A stretch of 64,000 nt of DNA from Takakia lepidozioides (taxonomy: Eukaryota; Plantae; Bryophyta). This document shows, piece after piece, positions 52,298 through 64,000 of the stretch. A model generated the notes under the pieces. It was given only the letters and a program-made list of their open reading frames with translations, was not told the DNA's origin and ran no database searches. The stretch spans positions 30,194,001 through 30,258,000 of the forward strand of contig CM060731.1 in assembly GCA_030704615.1 (NCBI GenBank), written 5' to 3'. The first letter of the stretch is position 1; every line of letters begins with the position of its first letter. Made by a program: the position numbers and the translations under genes.

Positions 52298-55200
52298 ATG
52301 GCAGGAGCCTTTGCAATCGTGCTCAGAGGAGCCGGTGTGGATCGATTTCGGAAACTGGGTTTGATTCAAGTTTTTTCTATGGCGGTCTGTCTGCTTGCGT
52401 GGGCTCTTGCATCTTCGCTCTTGTGTGTTTCTGGGGAAATTTTTGACCCATCGGTCACGGTGGTGCCTGCATTTGTATGGTCGGATCACAGGTGTGGATC
52501 ACTCTCCTCTCAATAAGAAACACGCACTATTTGGTGCATTCGTTGGTATAGCATAGAATGGGAGACTTCCCTGTTGGTAGAGAGAAAATGATGGGGGGGA
52601 TGAAGGGTAAAGAGTTGGAGCGACTGCGAAGGGAGAGAAAGACAGACGTGCAAATATTCTAGGGTTACATACCTGGGCGTGGGTGATGATACAGGTGTTT
52701 GGAGAAGCGGGAACAGAGCATCGATTATCAATTTTATTCAGCTGAGAGTCTGGCAGATGCGCTTCCGCAAAGAGTTAGCTGGCCCGATAAGCAGGTAGGA
52801 TGCAGTTTATGACATTGAAGGTTTCAAGTTGGACAGAAACGGGTGTGTTCTCTATTTTGTTAACCAAATAGAAAATTGCTGTGATGTCAGGGGCTTCATG
52901 CAGGGGAGAAAGAGAAACAAGCCTTTTAAGGGTCACAGCATTAGTAGTCCATAAAGACGCTTCGAACCAATTTCGTATGGCCTGATTGGCTTTTGTCAAT
53001 TGGAAAATCGACACCCTAGGTGGTGATTGGTGGAAAGAAGAATGTCCTATTCAAGGAGAATGTTCCTCCTCAAGTCTCTCTTTTGGGTAGGCACTAGGAA
53101 AAAACGGTAATGCAAAGGATTCGCCTCTCAAGGTTGGATTTCCTTGGGTACTTGTGTTTGCAATGCCTGTGACTAAAGCGCATGGTCTAGTAGGGTATGA
53201 AAGATAATCAAATTGTCAGACAATTTAGGTGAGATTTACTCCACCAGGGCTGCAAGACTGTAATATCTTCGCCATGACACACCATCACACTTTTAATCAA
53301 CAGATTAATTCTTGAACAGGTTCATACGCATGGAATTCTTGGAGTGGGGAGCTGGGATAGACCACTTCTGGAATGATTTATTGAGAGGTAGCAAAGGTCA
53401 CATTGAAAGTGTCTTGTGCAGTGTGCAGCTGGAAAGGACAAAAGACCAACCGAAATGGTGATGGCCTTTATTGGGAGTGAGGTATGTTGTAGGCATTGTT
53501 GGCATCAAGGTTGAAAGGGTTTAGCTCTCTTTGGTAGGTTGGTTGTTCTGCAGTTCTGACATGCTATTGTTGATATGAGCATTTTACGCATCTTTGTTGT
53601 AGGGTAGAGGTTCTAATGGGTAAGGGTATGATCAACAGCTGCGCTCAGCGGACATCTCACAGGCTTCCTCTGATTTGCTAAGCACACTGAAGGTATGTAA
53701 GTGTTCAGAGGATGATCAGCTTCAATTTCTCCTGTGTGATTTACTTGGGCATGGTCCGAAATTTGCCATTGGCCTGTGACCCGAGCCCTGGGGATACTGG
53801 TATGAAATGTGAGGATCTGAGTGTGGGGAGGATGGAGTGAGGAAAGGAAAGATGACGAATGGAACAGAGAAAGAATGAATGAATGAAAGAAACTTTGCAA
53901 CATCCACAGGGGGCCTGATGGCACATGTGGCAGAGTAGAACATCAAGACACCACTTCAAAATCACTGAACACCACCCAAAGACAATCTCTGGAAGGTGCT
54001 GACATATCCCATGTGCCCTGTAGACATCTGTCTCAGCATCCAACTACTCAGTGTCACTTCCCTATGTCACCGCACCAAGTGGTAAAGCTTCAGTTGCAGA
54101 GACGCTGGTTTCAACAGTTGGGGAAGATTTGCGACTTGGGTCAAGGCTAGGAGAGCTGGCAGTGTCAGGATCTTGCTCTGTGCAAAAGCAGGGTGTCAAA
54201 AGGCTTGCCAGTTTGCTTGATGTCCAGGTACTAATGCATGACCAGACTCCACCTTTCCTTCTTCTTGCTCCTTAATATAGTCTTCAATGCATTTGTGTTT
54301 TGTGTGGATTTCAATTGAAATTGTCTTCTGACAGAAGAGGTGAAGAACTACTTTGCTTTATCATTCGTATTTGCAATACAGTGACGTTAATTTCAAGCAC
54401 CAACCTGAAAGGCCAGGACCTATCTGATTCAAGTTTCCTGGCCCCACCCATTTTGAAGCCTTGGCACAGTAATGAACTCTTGAGTTGACTTTGGATGCAA
54501 GCTCACCTGTACTTTGTGCTGCATGGCAGGCATATGTAGTAGAAAGGAAGGCAACAAGGGCAGAAGGGGAAACAGATTTGCTGGTTGTTTGCAGCACCCT
54601 CGAGTTGGACTGGACTTTGCCTAGCACTGTCGCATCAGAAGGTACACTTCCAAGGAATTTCTGTATTGCTCAGAATATGGTATGGAATGCTCACAAATGT
54701 GCATTTGTATCATAAAGGGTACCCTTCCAGGACGATACTAAAGTCCAGTATCCTGCTATTAAAATTCACTTTTCGGGTACTATTCCATTGCGTTCGTAGT
54801 TAATATTTGTAAACTGGTGACTACCTTGCAGGAGAGGTTTTAAGTCAAGTGCTCGGAGCTATGAAGTCATCATCAACAAATTATGTTGCTCTTTATACCA
54901 CAGATCCCAGGCAATCAAGGGAGCAGCACTTTGGCTATGCAATCAGGGGTCGGCAGCTCATGGCCTCAAATGCCACCAATGTCACTGGGGATTGCGATAC
55001 AGTGTGCCAAACCAGGGCCATTATATTGGAAGGTGTTTTTGTGGTAAGATATGACAAAAGTATTCTTGCTATGTTTGTTAATTCTATATGTTGGATCATG
55101 GGGTCTGTTGTTTTAGTAGCAGTAATCTGTATGGTTGGATGCCATCAACTTGGAATTTCTGTAATTGTGTTCGTCGATGGCTTCTCAAGTTGATGATTTA

Positions 55201-55349
55201 AGTGCTGTAGTTCGAGCTCTGAGGTCATTCTGTACCCCGTGTGTGGTTGAATGCAGGCGATCATTCTCATAATTATCTTGGTCTCGGGACTTTGCTGTAT
55301 GATGGGTGTCAAATCCCCCACCCGGTTTGAGGTACCAAAGGAGGCATAG
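52298..55349 (+). CDS. V-ATPase accessory subunit S1/Ac45 (VOA1)-like type I membrane protein (At3g13410-like), 8 exons
   Basis: Exons 52298-52491, 52695-52794, 53422-53481, 53638-53691, 54024-54227, 54530-54641, 54832-55043, 55257-55349. Signal peptide, VPAFVWS, SLPYV and C-terminal CDTVCQTRAIILEGVFVAIILIIILVSGLCCMMGVKSPTRFE. Alternative start ATG at 52379. Confidence 0.85.
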
Positions 55350-57886
55350 TGCAGTCTGACCTGCTCCACTGGAAGGGGAAAGTTGACCGTTTGCTGCATC
55401 AGGGAATTGCTCTCCACTAGATTTGGCACCTCACCGGGAAAGGATGTAGACTTGTAGGGGTCTGGATAGTTCATGCATCCTGGTGGAAAGCTTGAGCGTG
55501 AGGGTCTACTTGACAATAGTTATACCTCTGAAGGCTACATCTCTATGAGGCACATGGTTGGCTACCAGTGGAAAGGCAAAGGGAAGCTATTACCATTGTT
55601 TCTTTATTATGGGGCCAGCAAGGTCCCTGAGAGAGCTAGCAAGGAGGGCAGGCCTGGTAGGGTTTACATCTTGCTGTTGTCAGTTAGGTGACATTTGCAA
55701 TTTATTTAGAACATTAGAGTATGTGTTAAAGCAGTCCATTTGTAATTTATCATTCTCACACTCTAGCTTTCTCATCTTGTGGCAAGGTGCCACAAGTTTT
55801 GCTGTCAATCCATTTTGCGAGAAGAGAGATAGACTCCTTTCTCTTTTGCTTACTGTAGCCTAAAACTGTAATCATGCCCAGCCTCCTTGGATCAAAGTGT
55901 TCTGATCTTGACCTACTACTTAAGAGCAGTCACCTGCTGAAAATTCTACCCGAATTGTAGATTTCTTAGAAAATGTAGGGGTCATGAAATTGGAGCATGC
56001 AAGAGGGGCCATGTAGTCGACTGTCTGCATGGCAAGACATTATTGGTCCACAGTTCTTCTCAGTTGTGTTGGCAATTTTTGTAAATTCTACCTGTGGATC
56101 TCGAATTGTTTTTGACCAGGCCCATTCACTATTGTAGTGCATTCCATATCCTCACGGAGGGATTGGGTGAAACATCTCACTATCAATGAGTCATTTCTTG
56201 GATGGTTTCACCTTGATTTGCCAAGCTATGGAGGTCATTTTGACCCCCTCAAACACATACCAAAAACCTTAATAAAAACAAATGTTGTTTGGCTTGAAAT
56301 TTTCAAAGCAGTTGGCTATAATACCATATCACGTTTTTCGTGGGAGGCAGAATCAAGGAAAATCGAGCCGTCACTCAAATAGCTTGGTCAAAGCTCAAAT
56401 TTCATATTCTATAAAATCCAAAAACAAAAGAAAATCCCCTTCTGTTTGGCACCCCCCTCAAAAAGATCCGGATTATCTGGGTATGTAGTTTAACATTGCC
56501 CTATTTTGTGTGTAGTCCATCAGTTTTACCTCAACCTCCATTTGTACTTATACATATATTGACTTCACATGACTTTTGTGAGATCAATGATATTTCAATG
56601 ATTTTTTGTATTTTCTTTAACAATTCGCTTTTGTGCTGCCTCCACACAGTTATATTCCAGTGTCAAGTTCATAATCAAATTCGACAGGAGAAGAAAGAGG
56701 AACGGCAGCGAAAGGCTAAGCGGAGGGACCGCGAGGCTTTACGTTCGTCAAGGTCATCAAGTACAGCTACCAATGAGGTATCTAGTCATATCTTACATCA
56801 ATCTCCCACTGTATCCATCTCCTCAGGTGCACAGAATTCCGCCATCAGTGGTAACCGACGGCAATCTCGAACATATGCATTAAGTATGAGCTGTTTGGGA
56901 AGCAACTTTGTGTTATTGATGAATTAAACTATTGGCGGCATGTTCATTACACACATACGTTATTTAACACTGTCAATTTTATACCAGATCTTTTCGGCTG
57001 TAATGTTAGTCATCGAAGTTTGAGAGAAATCACGCGCGATCGCGCGTGGTTCCTTCATATATCTTCTTGTGGAGCTAGCATGGATCAGCAGTGCCATCAG
57101 ATGTTATCAAAACAAGTTGACTTCATTGTCAGTTTAGGCAATAACAGATCAGGCTGGAGGCTGGAGGAAGTTGGACGAGAAGAAATTTTCCGATGTTTTC
57201 ATATTACGATGGGGAACAAGTGTCACGATCATCGTCTATGACTGAATTCGGGTTCCTAACTCGTAATTCAAGCTCCCATGATGGTCGTCTCATTTGTTCC
57301 TAAGCGGATTGTGAAGCTCTGTTAAAATCTCTCTTCAAATGGATTGAAGTGGCGGCTTCGAAATTGAATGAAATCTCCAATTCATTCAATCACAGCCCGG
57401 AGAAATATCTCAAGCTGCTGGCCAACTACTTGTGGGCTAGGGTGTTTCTCTGGAGTCGCATACAATGAATCGAAGATCTAGTTCTCAGTTGACATGCAGC
57501 TGATGGTTTTATATTGGTCAATGATGGTGGGCCGTGGCTGATACGAGAGTCTGAATATGACAGTCTCTGGGAACCTGATACTGTTTGCATGGGAAGAGCA
57601 AAACGACTACTATACAATTCAGCTACAGGAACAACAATAGCATCAAACACCTAGCAATAAATATGATTTTTGACATTGCTTGTGACAGCTCCAATCAGTT
57701 AGTTGGTGGTTATTAAGTTGGAGATTATTTAGTTGGGGAACAGTTTACGAGTGTTTTACAGTAAATCGTCAGAAGTACCACAGCCCATCACAGATGAACC
57801 TCGACTGGTCACCCGACACTATTTCCTTGAAGCATGCGCAGAAAACGTCACTCTCTCCATCAACGTACTTGCCACTGAGCCACTCT

Positions 57887-58133
57887 AGGCAGAAGCATGC
57901 TACAGTGGCTCACTTTGCGAAATTTTTGTCCAGTCTAAACTAGTCTATTTTTATTTATATATTTTTTCATAGGAACTTCAAATTAGGTGTTGCAATTTAT
58001 TTTTGTTGTCAACTCAATTTGAGATCACCCAAAAATTGGTTTCCAAACAAAGCTGTTGTGTTTTGAAGATGAAAAATGAGAGTAAATTAGAGTAGACTGG
58101 ACAAAAGTGAGCCACTGTAGCATGCTTCTGCCC
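57887..58133. mobile_element. MITE with 29-bp TIRs
   Basis: ggcagaagcatgctacagtggctcacttt ... aaagtgagccactgtagcatgcttctgcc is a perfect inverted repeat, extended by tgtccagtcta/tagactggaca. AT-rich core; flanked by CTCT on both sides. Confidence 0.88.
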
Positions 58134-58894
58134 CTCTCCAAAAGCATACGAACAGCATATTTACTCCCCAATTGGATACTTTCAGCATCTTACTCTAGGG
58201 TCAGTTACTTGGACATTATGTTTTGAAGAGCATACGAGTAATTCATCATCTTCGCGATTCACTGAAAGTCTGCAAAGCCACCAATTCTTCAAGAAGTACA
58301 GCTGAACTCGGTCGCACAAGACATTGTTGGTTGGCGTAATATTAGAGGATATTTTTTGTGAGGTCATCCCCATATCCACGATACTCGAGACAGCATTTCA
58401 GGGACTTCTTCCATCTTCTGCTGACAAAAACCTTCGGAACAACGGAAGAATACAGATTTGAAAATGGTCCCTCCAACCTTGTCAAAATATCGTGATTTTG
58501 GGAAATGGCTTTCCTCAAAATATTTTCATCATAAGTACGTCGGCCCACATCGTCTTGTGTTACCGGAGTTCAGCCCTCTTTCTAGAAGTTGATACTCTCA
58601 TTGACATGGTTTACGCTATTTGTATCAGTCCATGCCGCATGGGGCGAGACTTACTCAAATTGACATGGTTCTGAAATAAAACCTGGTTGTTTATCATCAA
58701 TGTCTCCCCATTGTCTTTCATTTCATGTCATGGTATTGTGTCATTGTGCCATGTTTTGCTCACATATTTGATTGATTTGTCTTGTACGTTACATAGTAAC
58801 GACCTTCACAAGCTTAGTCACGGTTACGAATGTGACTGGTGCTCCAATCATCCATCAGGCCGCGGATCATGAAGCGAGTTATCATCCGACACCA

Positions 58895-59106
58895 GTTTTA
58901 TTTATTTATTTTTTAATGTAATGAAAACACCTGGGAGCGACAGCTCACAAATCATGCCCCCTTAATAGCATAACCTCTTTCACAGTAACCCCGCCATGTG
59001 ACATTGGAATGGGACACCACCCAGGAACATACCACACCCGTCAGTAGCAAGATTTGACCCCGTAATCATCTGGGTGGCACTTAGTGCACTTCACCATTTG
59101 AGCTAC
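58895..59106 (-). mobile_element. tRNA-derived SINE (type 2)
   Basis: Minus strand GTAGCTCAAATGG (A box), GGGTCAAATC (B-box-like) and an (AAAT)n tail. Related 3' bodies occur at ~43110-43270 and ~62073-62147. Confidence 0.7.
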
Positions 59107-59365
59107 TGATTGTTGGTATCTCATTCAACTCTTACTAAACGTCGAGTGAACTGTGGAACTTGCTTTATGAGCCAAATAGAAACTGTTTTTTCTCCTGAAT
59201 ACATAATGTTTCTTTATTGCTCATATTATATATTAGTAGACAAACAATTATTTATATCTTTATATTTATATTTAAAATGATCCATTTAAATTCATTTAAA
59301 TGGTTTAAAAATACATATTCAGATATTTCTCCTTATTTCTAGACCAAACTTTAGTCCAGATTTAC

Positions 59366-60150
59366 TTAAAATTGTGTTTCTTGTTTGATTGAACGAAGGT
59401 CAACCAAATTGCGTCTAGCCGTATTGTAGGTTTGAAGGGTCAAAGGCCCCACCAAATTAGACTCCATAAGCCACTGGCAGTGATAGATACTTTTGATGTG
59501 GGCCTTTTCCTTTATATCCCTGTCCAGGGCTGCCACTCTGGCCATTGATTGAGCCACCTTCCTCGTGGCTTCTAGTTTATGCAAAAATCTGATCGTGGGA
59601 GAAGAGAACTGATTCCCAACATCTTTCCAAACTGTAGCTAGTTGTTGAACCACCGAGGGGGATTGAAGAAGAATCGGATTCAACTTAAAGAAGCCTCTTC
59701 CCCTTCGATGGATCCCTGGAGGATTGAGTTTAAGGGACACTAATGCATGATCATTAAAATCGGGCGAGATGGGAGGGAGAGGGTTCTATTTTACCCACGT
59801 AGTTGCAAGTGAAGAGCAGTAGGACCTGTCCAATCTAGCCATAGACAAATCCGGGGGGGGGTCTATTGTTACTCCAAGTGAATTTGAGAGAGGTACGGCT
59901 TGGGAGGAAGCAATCAGAAAGGCCGACTGAGAAGCAGAGCCTTTTCCAAGCGGACTATTCTTCCGGGGAAAGAGAATGCGCAGAGGAGCCTAGTCTGTCC
60001 ACCGCGTATTCGACCATATTGAAGTCCCCCACGTCGACAATACAGTTAGCTACCTGGGAGTTGCTCAAAATTCTAGCATGAATTTCCGTCCAAAATTGGA
60101 TACGATCAGAGGCAGAATTGGGAGCGGAAATATTGATAAAGGCTGTTGAA
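59366..60150 (-). mobile_element. L1/Tx1-type LINE fragment (apurinic endonuclease C-terminus and linker)
   Basis: FINISAPNSASDRIQFW..VGDFNMVE, FTWSN, ARLDR, DH..VSLKL and FFKLNPILL; interrupted by stops and frameshifts. Confidence 0.8.
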
Positions 60151-60739
60151 GGAAAAAATAGACGCGGCGGACCTGTGGCTGCAGTCCTTGGGTCCGCCTC
60201 TTGCTTGAATTTATTTTCTGCCTCAAGACGCAATCAGATTTAGTTTTAGACTGGTTTTAGTACCTATCTGGTAGCCAAATCCAGTAGGAGATCCGTGGGC
60301 AGTCCCAGAAAGGAACAGAGGTGAGCCACAAGAGAGGCTTGAGAGATCAGAATTTCAACAGAGTTCTAAGTTTTGGATCCCTCGCTCTCTAGTGACGCCA
60401 ATTCAAGTCTGCCTGCTCCCCTCCTCACCGGGGCCGTCCCATTGAGGGGGAATGGTGTTTGCAGGCCAGCAAAAGTGCACGTTGGGAAGATTGGAGCCAA
60501 GTTGGAAATCTAGGAGCAGTTTTCTCCGGCGCTTTTCTACTTTCATGTCCCAACAACCCTCTATCCCAACCCAGACTGGTCCCTTGAAGATCTGCAAAGG
60601 GAGCTGGGGGTGATTGATGCCCACTACTCGGTGGCTGTGACAATACGGGGCGATCGGCCTCCCCCCTTGAATGCTAACAAAATATCATGCCGGGAATTAA
60701 TACCTGCAACAAATTTTCGCAGAAAAAGTACGACCTTCA

Positions 60740-61890
60740 GGATGCGAGCATTTGATGCTGATTCAGACAAATATAACGATGAAGAGGAAGAAAGAGTTGT
60801 GCTTCATACAACCTGTAGTGGTGGTGATTTGAATAAGGAACTTGTTACACCCCCGGAAAAATGTAATTCAAGAGCTCAACAAGAAACAGAGGCAACATGG
60901 AGGCCGTTGCTCACACGCACAAATTCTGTGCGTTGTTGGAGCTGGAGCGCTTGCACTTCGTGAGGGTGCATGAGGAGGTTCAAGAAACGCGGTTGTCAAT
61001 TGAAAAGGCCTTGAAAGAAGAAGTCGTGCGGGAAGCAGCCTCACTAGCACGAGTGGAAAAAGAGACGAAAGCAAAGTTTGAGTTTGCACGGCGTTGCGAT
61101 AAACATGATCTGAGTCTGATCGCAAAGGCGCGAGATAGGCATCTATCAGCACTGCAACGTGACCGTGAGCTTTGGTCTAAGTTTGAAGCCCACCAAATCA
61201 GGAAGGAAGCAGCTAAGGAGGAGGTACGTTGCTAGGAAATTGATGCCCGTGAAGAAAATGAGAGGCACATCGAAGCTAGGGCTGAGGTAGAGGCAAAGCA
61301 GAGGGCTGATGCTGAAAAAAAGAAGGCAAAAACTGAAGCTGCACAGAGGAAGGCTCAAGCGGCCGCTGTCGCACCGAGTCACAAGTATTGAAGTTACCTT
61401 CATTCGTGTTTGCATTGTCACAAGTCATCATCAATGTTGCGTCTTAGGTACCGTATGTAATGGATGTGGTGCTTGCAAAGCTCCATGAAGTTTGTATATT
61501 CACTGTGCCTAAGGCCTACGTGTTCTCAAAGGACCAGTTTGAAAACGAGGTCATGCATACTACAAGACACTTGCTTACCGAGAAGATAATGGTAAATTGG
61601 AGAGCACTGACAAGCACTGACAAGTATGTTGCACGCATGACTGCATACATGATTTTCTACGGTGCCAAGGTACAGACTATTGCACCAAGTGGGCAAAATC
61701 CACATGGTTTGGCAGATGGATGGGCATGGTGCGCACGCCTACTCAACAACATTCCTTCATATCATGCCTCAGCCTCAGCCTTGGAAGCTTTTTTGAAGAT
61801 GGGGGGCTTCCGTCGGTACCGGGCATACCCAAAGGCATTTATGAAATTGATGCAAGTGGTGGTGTCGGACTTCATAGTAAATCTGAAAAA
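60740..61890 (+). pseudogene. GLE1: GLE1 (mRNA export factor) processed pseudogene, internally deleted
   Basis: Coiled coil (..DRHLSALQRDRE..QIRKEAAKEE, TAG at ~61233) joined to LPSFVFALSQVIINVAS*VPYVMDVVLAKLHEVCIFTVP..FYGAKVQT..NPHGLADGWAWCARLLN.IP..ASALEAFLKMGGF. Contains stops and frameshifts, with no introns visible. Confidence 0.82.
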
Positions 61891-62299
61891 ATATTGTCTT
61901 TTATTTGTTGACAATATGCCAAGATCATTATACAGTTGGGCCTGGATAAATGTTACCTCCTTATTGTATGTTATATGTATTTTATTGTTCTATTCTTTCT
62001 ATTCTCTAGAGTTTAAAGAGCGACAAAGTGTTAGGAAAATCCTGCTCTCTATGGTGTGTTTATTTTTCTTCAAAGGGAAACACTTGGGAGCACAGCTCAC
62101 AAATCATATAGTGAGAGGAGAAAATAGCCTCTTTCACGGTAACCCGTAGTGCTTGTTTTTTTTCAGGTTGAAGCCGCTCTATTACCATCCAGCTATACAT
62201 TGAAATAGGAATTGCATGCAGGCTACTGTTAGGACATCCGACCTTGTAGGCTCTGTAAATTCACTGGACATTAAACAAACTTTACTTTTACTTTTACTT

Positions 62300-62700
62300 T
62301 TATTTATTTATTTTTTTCAGAGAAAGGGGAACAGGGCCTTTTTAATCAAACTAAAATAAAAAGTGTCAAAACGGGTGGAAAAAATAACCACCTAGGGAGG
62401 CCGTAAAGGCTCACCGAGGGGAAACTTCCCCGTAACATAAGCGTACTAGCTAAATTAAGAAACAGAAGCAGATGTAGCAAAGAGCAGGTGTTCTAGAAGG
62501 GAGCAGCATGGAGTTCTAAGGGAGATCTGAGCTAGTAGAACTAGCATGGAGGTGATAGGAAAGGAGTTCTGTCACGCAATGAGAAAAGGTTGAATCGTAG
62601 AAAGCAAGAGAGTAAAGATTGAAGCTTGACTAGAGATCCAGCAGATGAGATCTAAAAACGCAGTTGGGTTCTAGACTTGGTAACCCGCGTCTTCTTGTGC
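62300..62700 (-). mobile_element. LINE 3' end with poly(A) tail
   Basis: T-tract followed by gaaaggggaacagggcctt...gaaaaaataaccacc.aggg.ggcc.taaaggct, matching the element at 4301-4400. Confidence 0.55.
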
Positions 62701-62904
62701 CTCCAATTAAAGTCTCCATCCTCGCCTTCACAAGGGGGGGGCTGCTATTTCATGAGCGGCAAGAGCATGAGCGTAAAAAAAAAAAACATGACCAGACCAT
62801 TGTAAGTCCACGGAAATAGGGTTAGGAGGCACGGAAATAGGGTCATGTGAAGTTGGAATGTGGCACCAGTGGACTTGAAATGCAACATTTTATTGCATTT
62901 ACTT

Positions 62905-63028
62905 GCCGAAAATGGCTAAGTCCCAGATCTGACTGGGCCCGGAACTGGAAAAATGGCGCCGAATTTCCGATTTTGGTGCCAGTCAGATCTGGGACTTAGC
63001 CATTTTAGGCCCCGAACTAGAAAATGGC

Positions 63029-63060
<32 letters not shown>

Positions 63061-64000
63061 CGGTGCCATTTTACCAGTTCGGGGTCGAAAATGGCTAAGT
63101 CCCAGATCTAACTGGGCCCGGAACTGGAAAAATGGCGCCGAATTTCCGATTTTGGTGCCAGCCACCCTAGGGACTTAGCCATTTTCGGCCCCGAATTGGA
63201 AAAATGAAGCCATTTTTCCAGTTCGGGCCGAAAATGGCTAAGTCCCAGATCTGATAGGGCGCGGAACTGGAAAAATGGTGCCGAATTTCCAGTTGCGGTT
63301 CCAGCCATCGTAGGGACTTAGCCATTTTCGGGGCCGAAAATGGCTAAGTCCCAGATCTGACTAGGCCCCGAACTGGAAAAATGGCGCCGAATTTCCGATT
63401 TTGGGTGCCAGCCAGATCTGGGACTTAGCCGTTTTCGGCCCCGAACAGGAAAAATAGCCGGTTTTTTTTTTTTTTTTTTTTTTGACGCCATTTTTCCAGT
63501 TCGGGGCCTAAAATGGCTAAGTCCCAGATCTGACTGGGCCGCGAACTGGAAAAATGGCGCCGAATTTCCGATTCTGGGTACTAGTCAGATCTGGGACTTA
63601 GCCGTTTTCGACCCCGAACAGGAAAAATGGCGTTTTTTTTTTTTTTTTTTAAATAATTTTTCGGCGCCATTTTTCCAGTTCGAGGCCGAAAATGGCTAAG
63701 TCCACTGGGCCCAGAACTGGAAAAATGGCGCCGAATTTCCGATTTTGGGTGCCACTCCGATCTGGGACTTAGCCGTTTTCGGCCCCGAACTAAAAAAAAT
63801 GGCGTTTTTTTTTTTTGTTTTTTTTTTTTTCGGCGCCATTTTTCCATTGCGGGCCTGAAAATGGCTAAGTCCAGATCTGACTGGGCCCAGAACTGGAAAA
63901 ATGGCGCCGAATTTCCGATTTTGGGTGCCAGTCAGATCTGGGACTTAGCCGTTTTCGGCCTCGAACTGGACAAATGGCGTTTTTTTTTTTTTTTTTTTTT
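62905..64000. repeat. Tandem array of palindromic ~130-190-bp units separated by poly-T tracts (runs off the window end)
   Basis: aaaatggctaagtcccagatctgactgg...ccagtcagatctgggacttagccatttt forms inverted arms around ggaactggaaaaatggcgccgaatttccgattttggtg; about 7 units. Confidence 0.92.

Noticed and set aside
56650-57880. Basic ORF fragment (EKKEERQRKAKRRDRE) and following decayed coding-like sequence
   Set aside because: No identifiable domain; possibly an old TE relic, but this cannot be supported.
58140-58870. Broken minus-strand ORFs
   Set aside because: Multiple stops and no motif that could be assigned.
62226-62236. CTGTTAGGACA matching the CRE 5' terminus
   Set aside because: Only 11 bp with no further similarity; could be chance.

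Overview
Eukaryotic nuclear DNA from a land plant, most likely a seed-free, bryophyte-like lineage (inferred from intron-rich plant-type genes and plant telo-boxes). Spliced by hand, it carries eight intron-containing host genes: RPN13 (5' part), RPS15, an HhH-type At3g12210-like gene, SGS3-like, PDX3/PPOX, a REF/SRPP (LDAP) gene, a Sec14/CRAL-TRIO gene and a V-ATPase AP1/Ac45-like gene. It also carries an intronless CbbY-like HAD phosphatase and a processed GLE1 pseudogene. Mobile DNA includes a near-complete CRE-clade RT+RLE retrotransposon, a hAT non-autonomous element with an 8-bp TSD, a MITE, L1 fragments, three tRNA-derived SINE types and several tandem arrays. The most unusual observations are: (1) the CRE element has TG..CA, inverted-repeat-like ends, no poly(A) tail, no TSD, and sits in a palindromic site 113 bp upstream of the intronless CbbY; (2) a family of shuffled and inverted intronic modules occurs with decayed DIRS-like coding relics; (3) the SGS3 N-terminus is GW-rich and built from phase-1 exons. 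Family calls rest on recalled motifs; no database searches were run.
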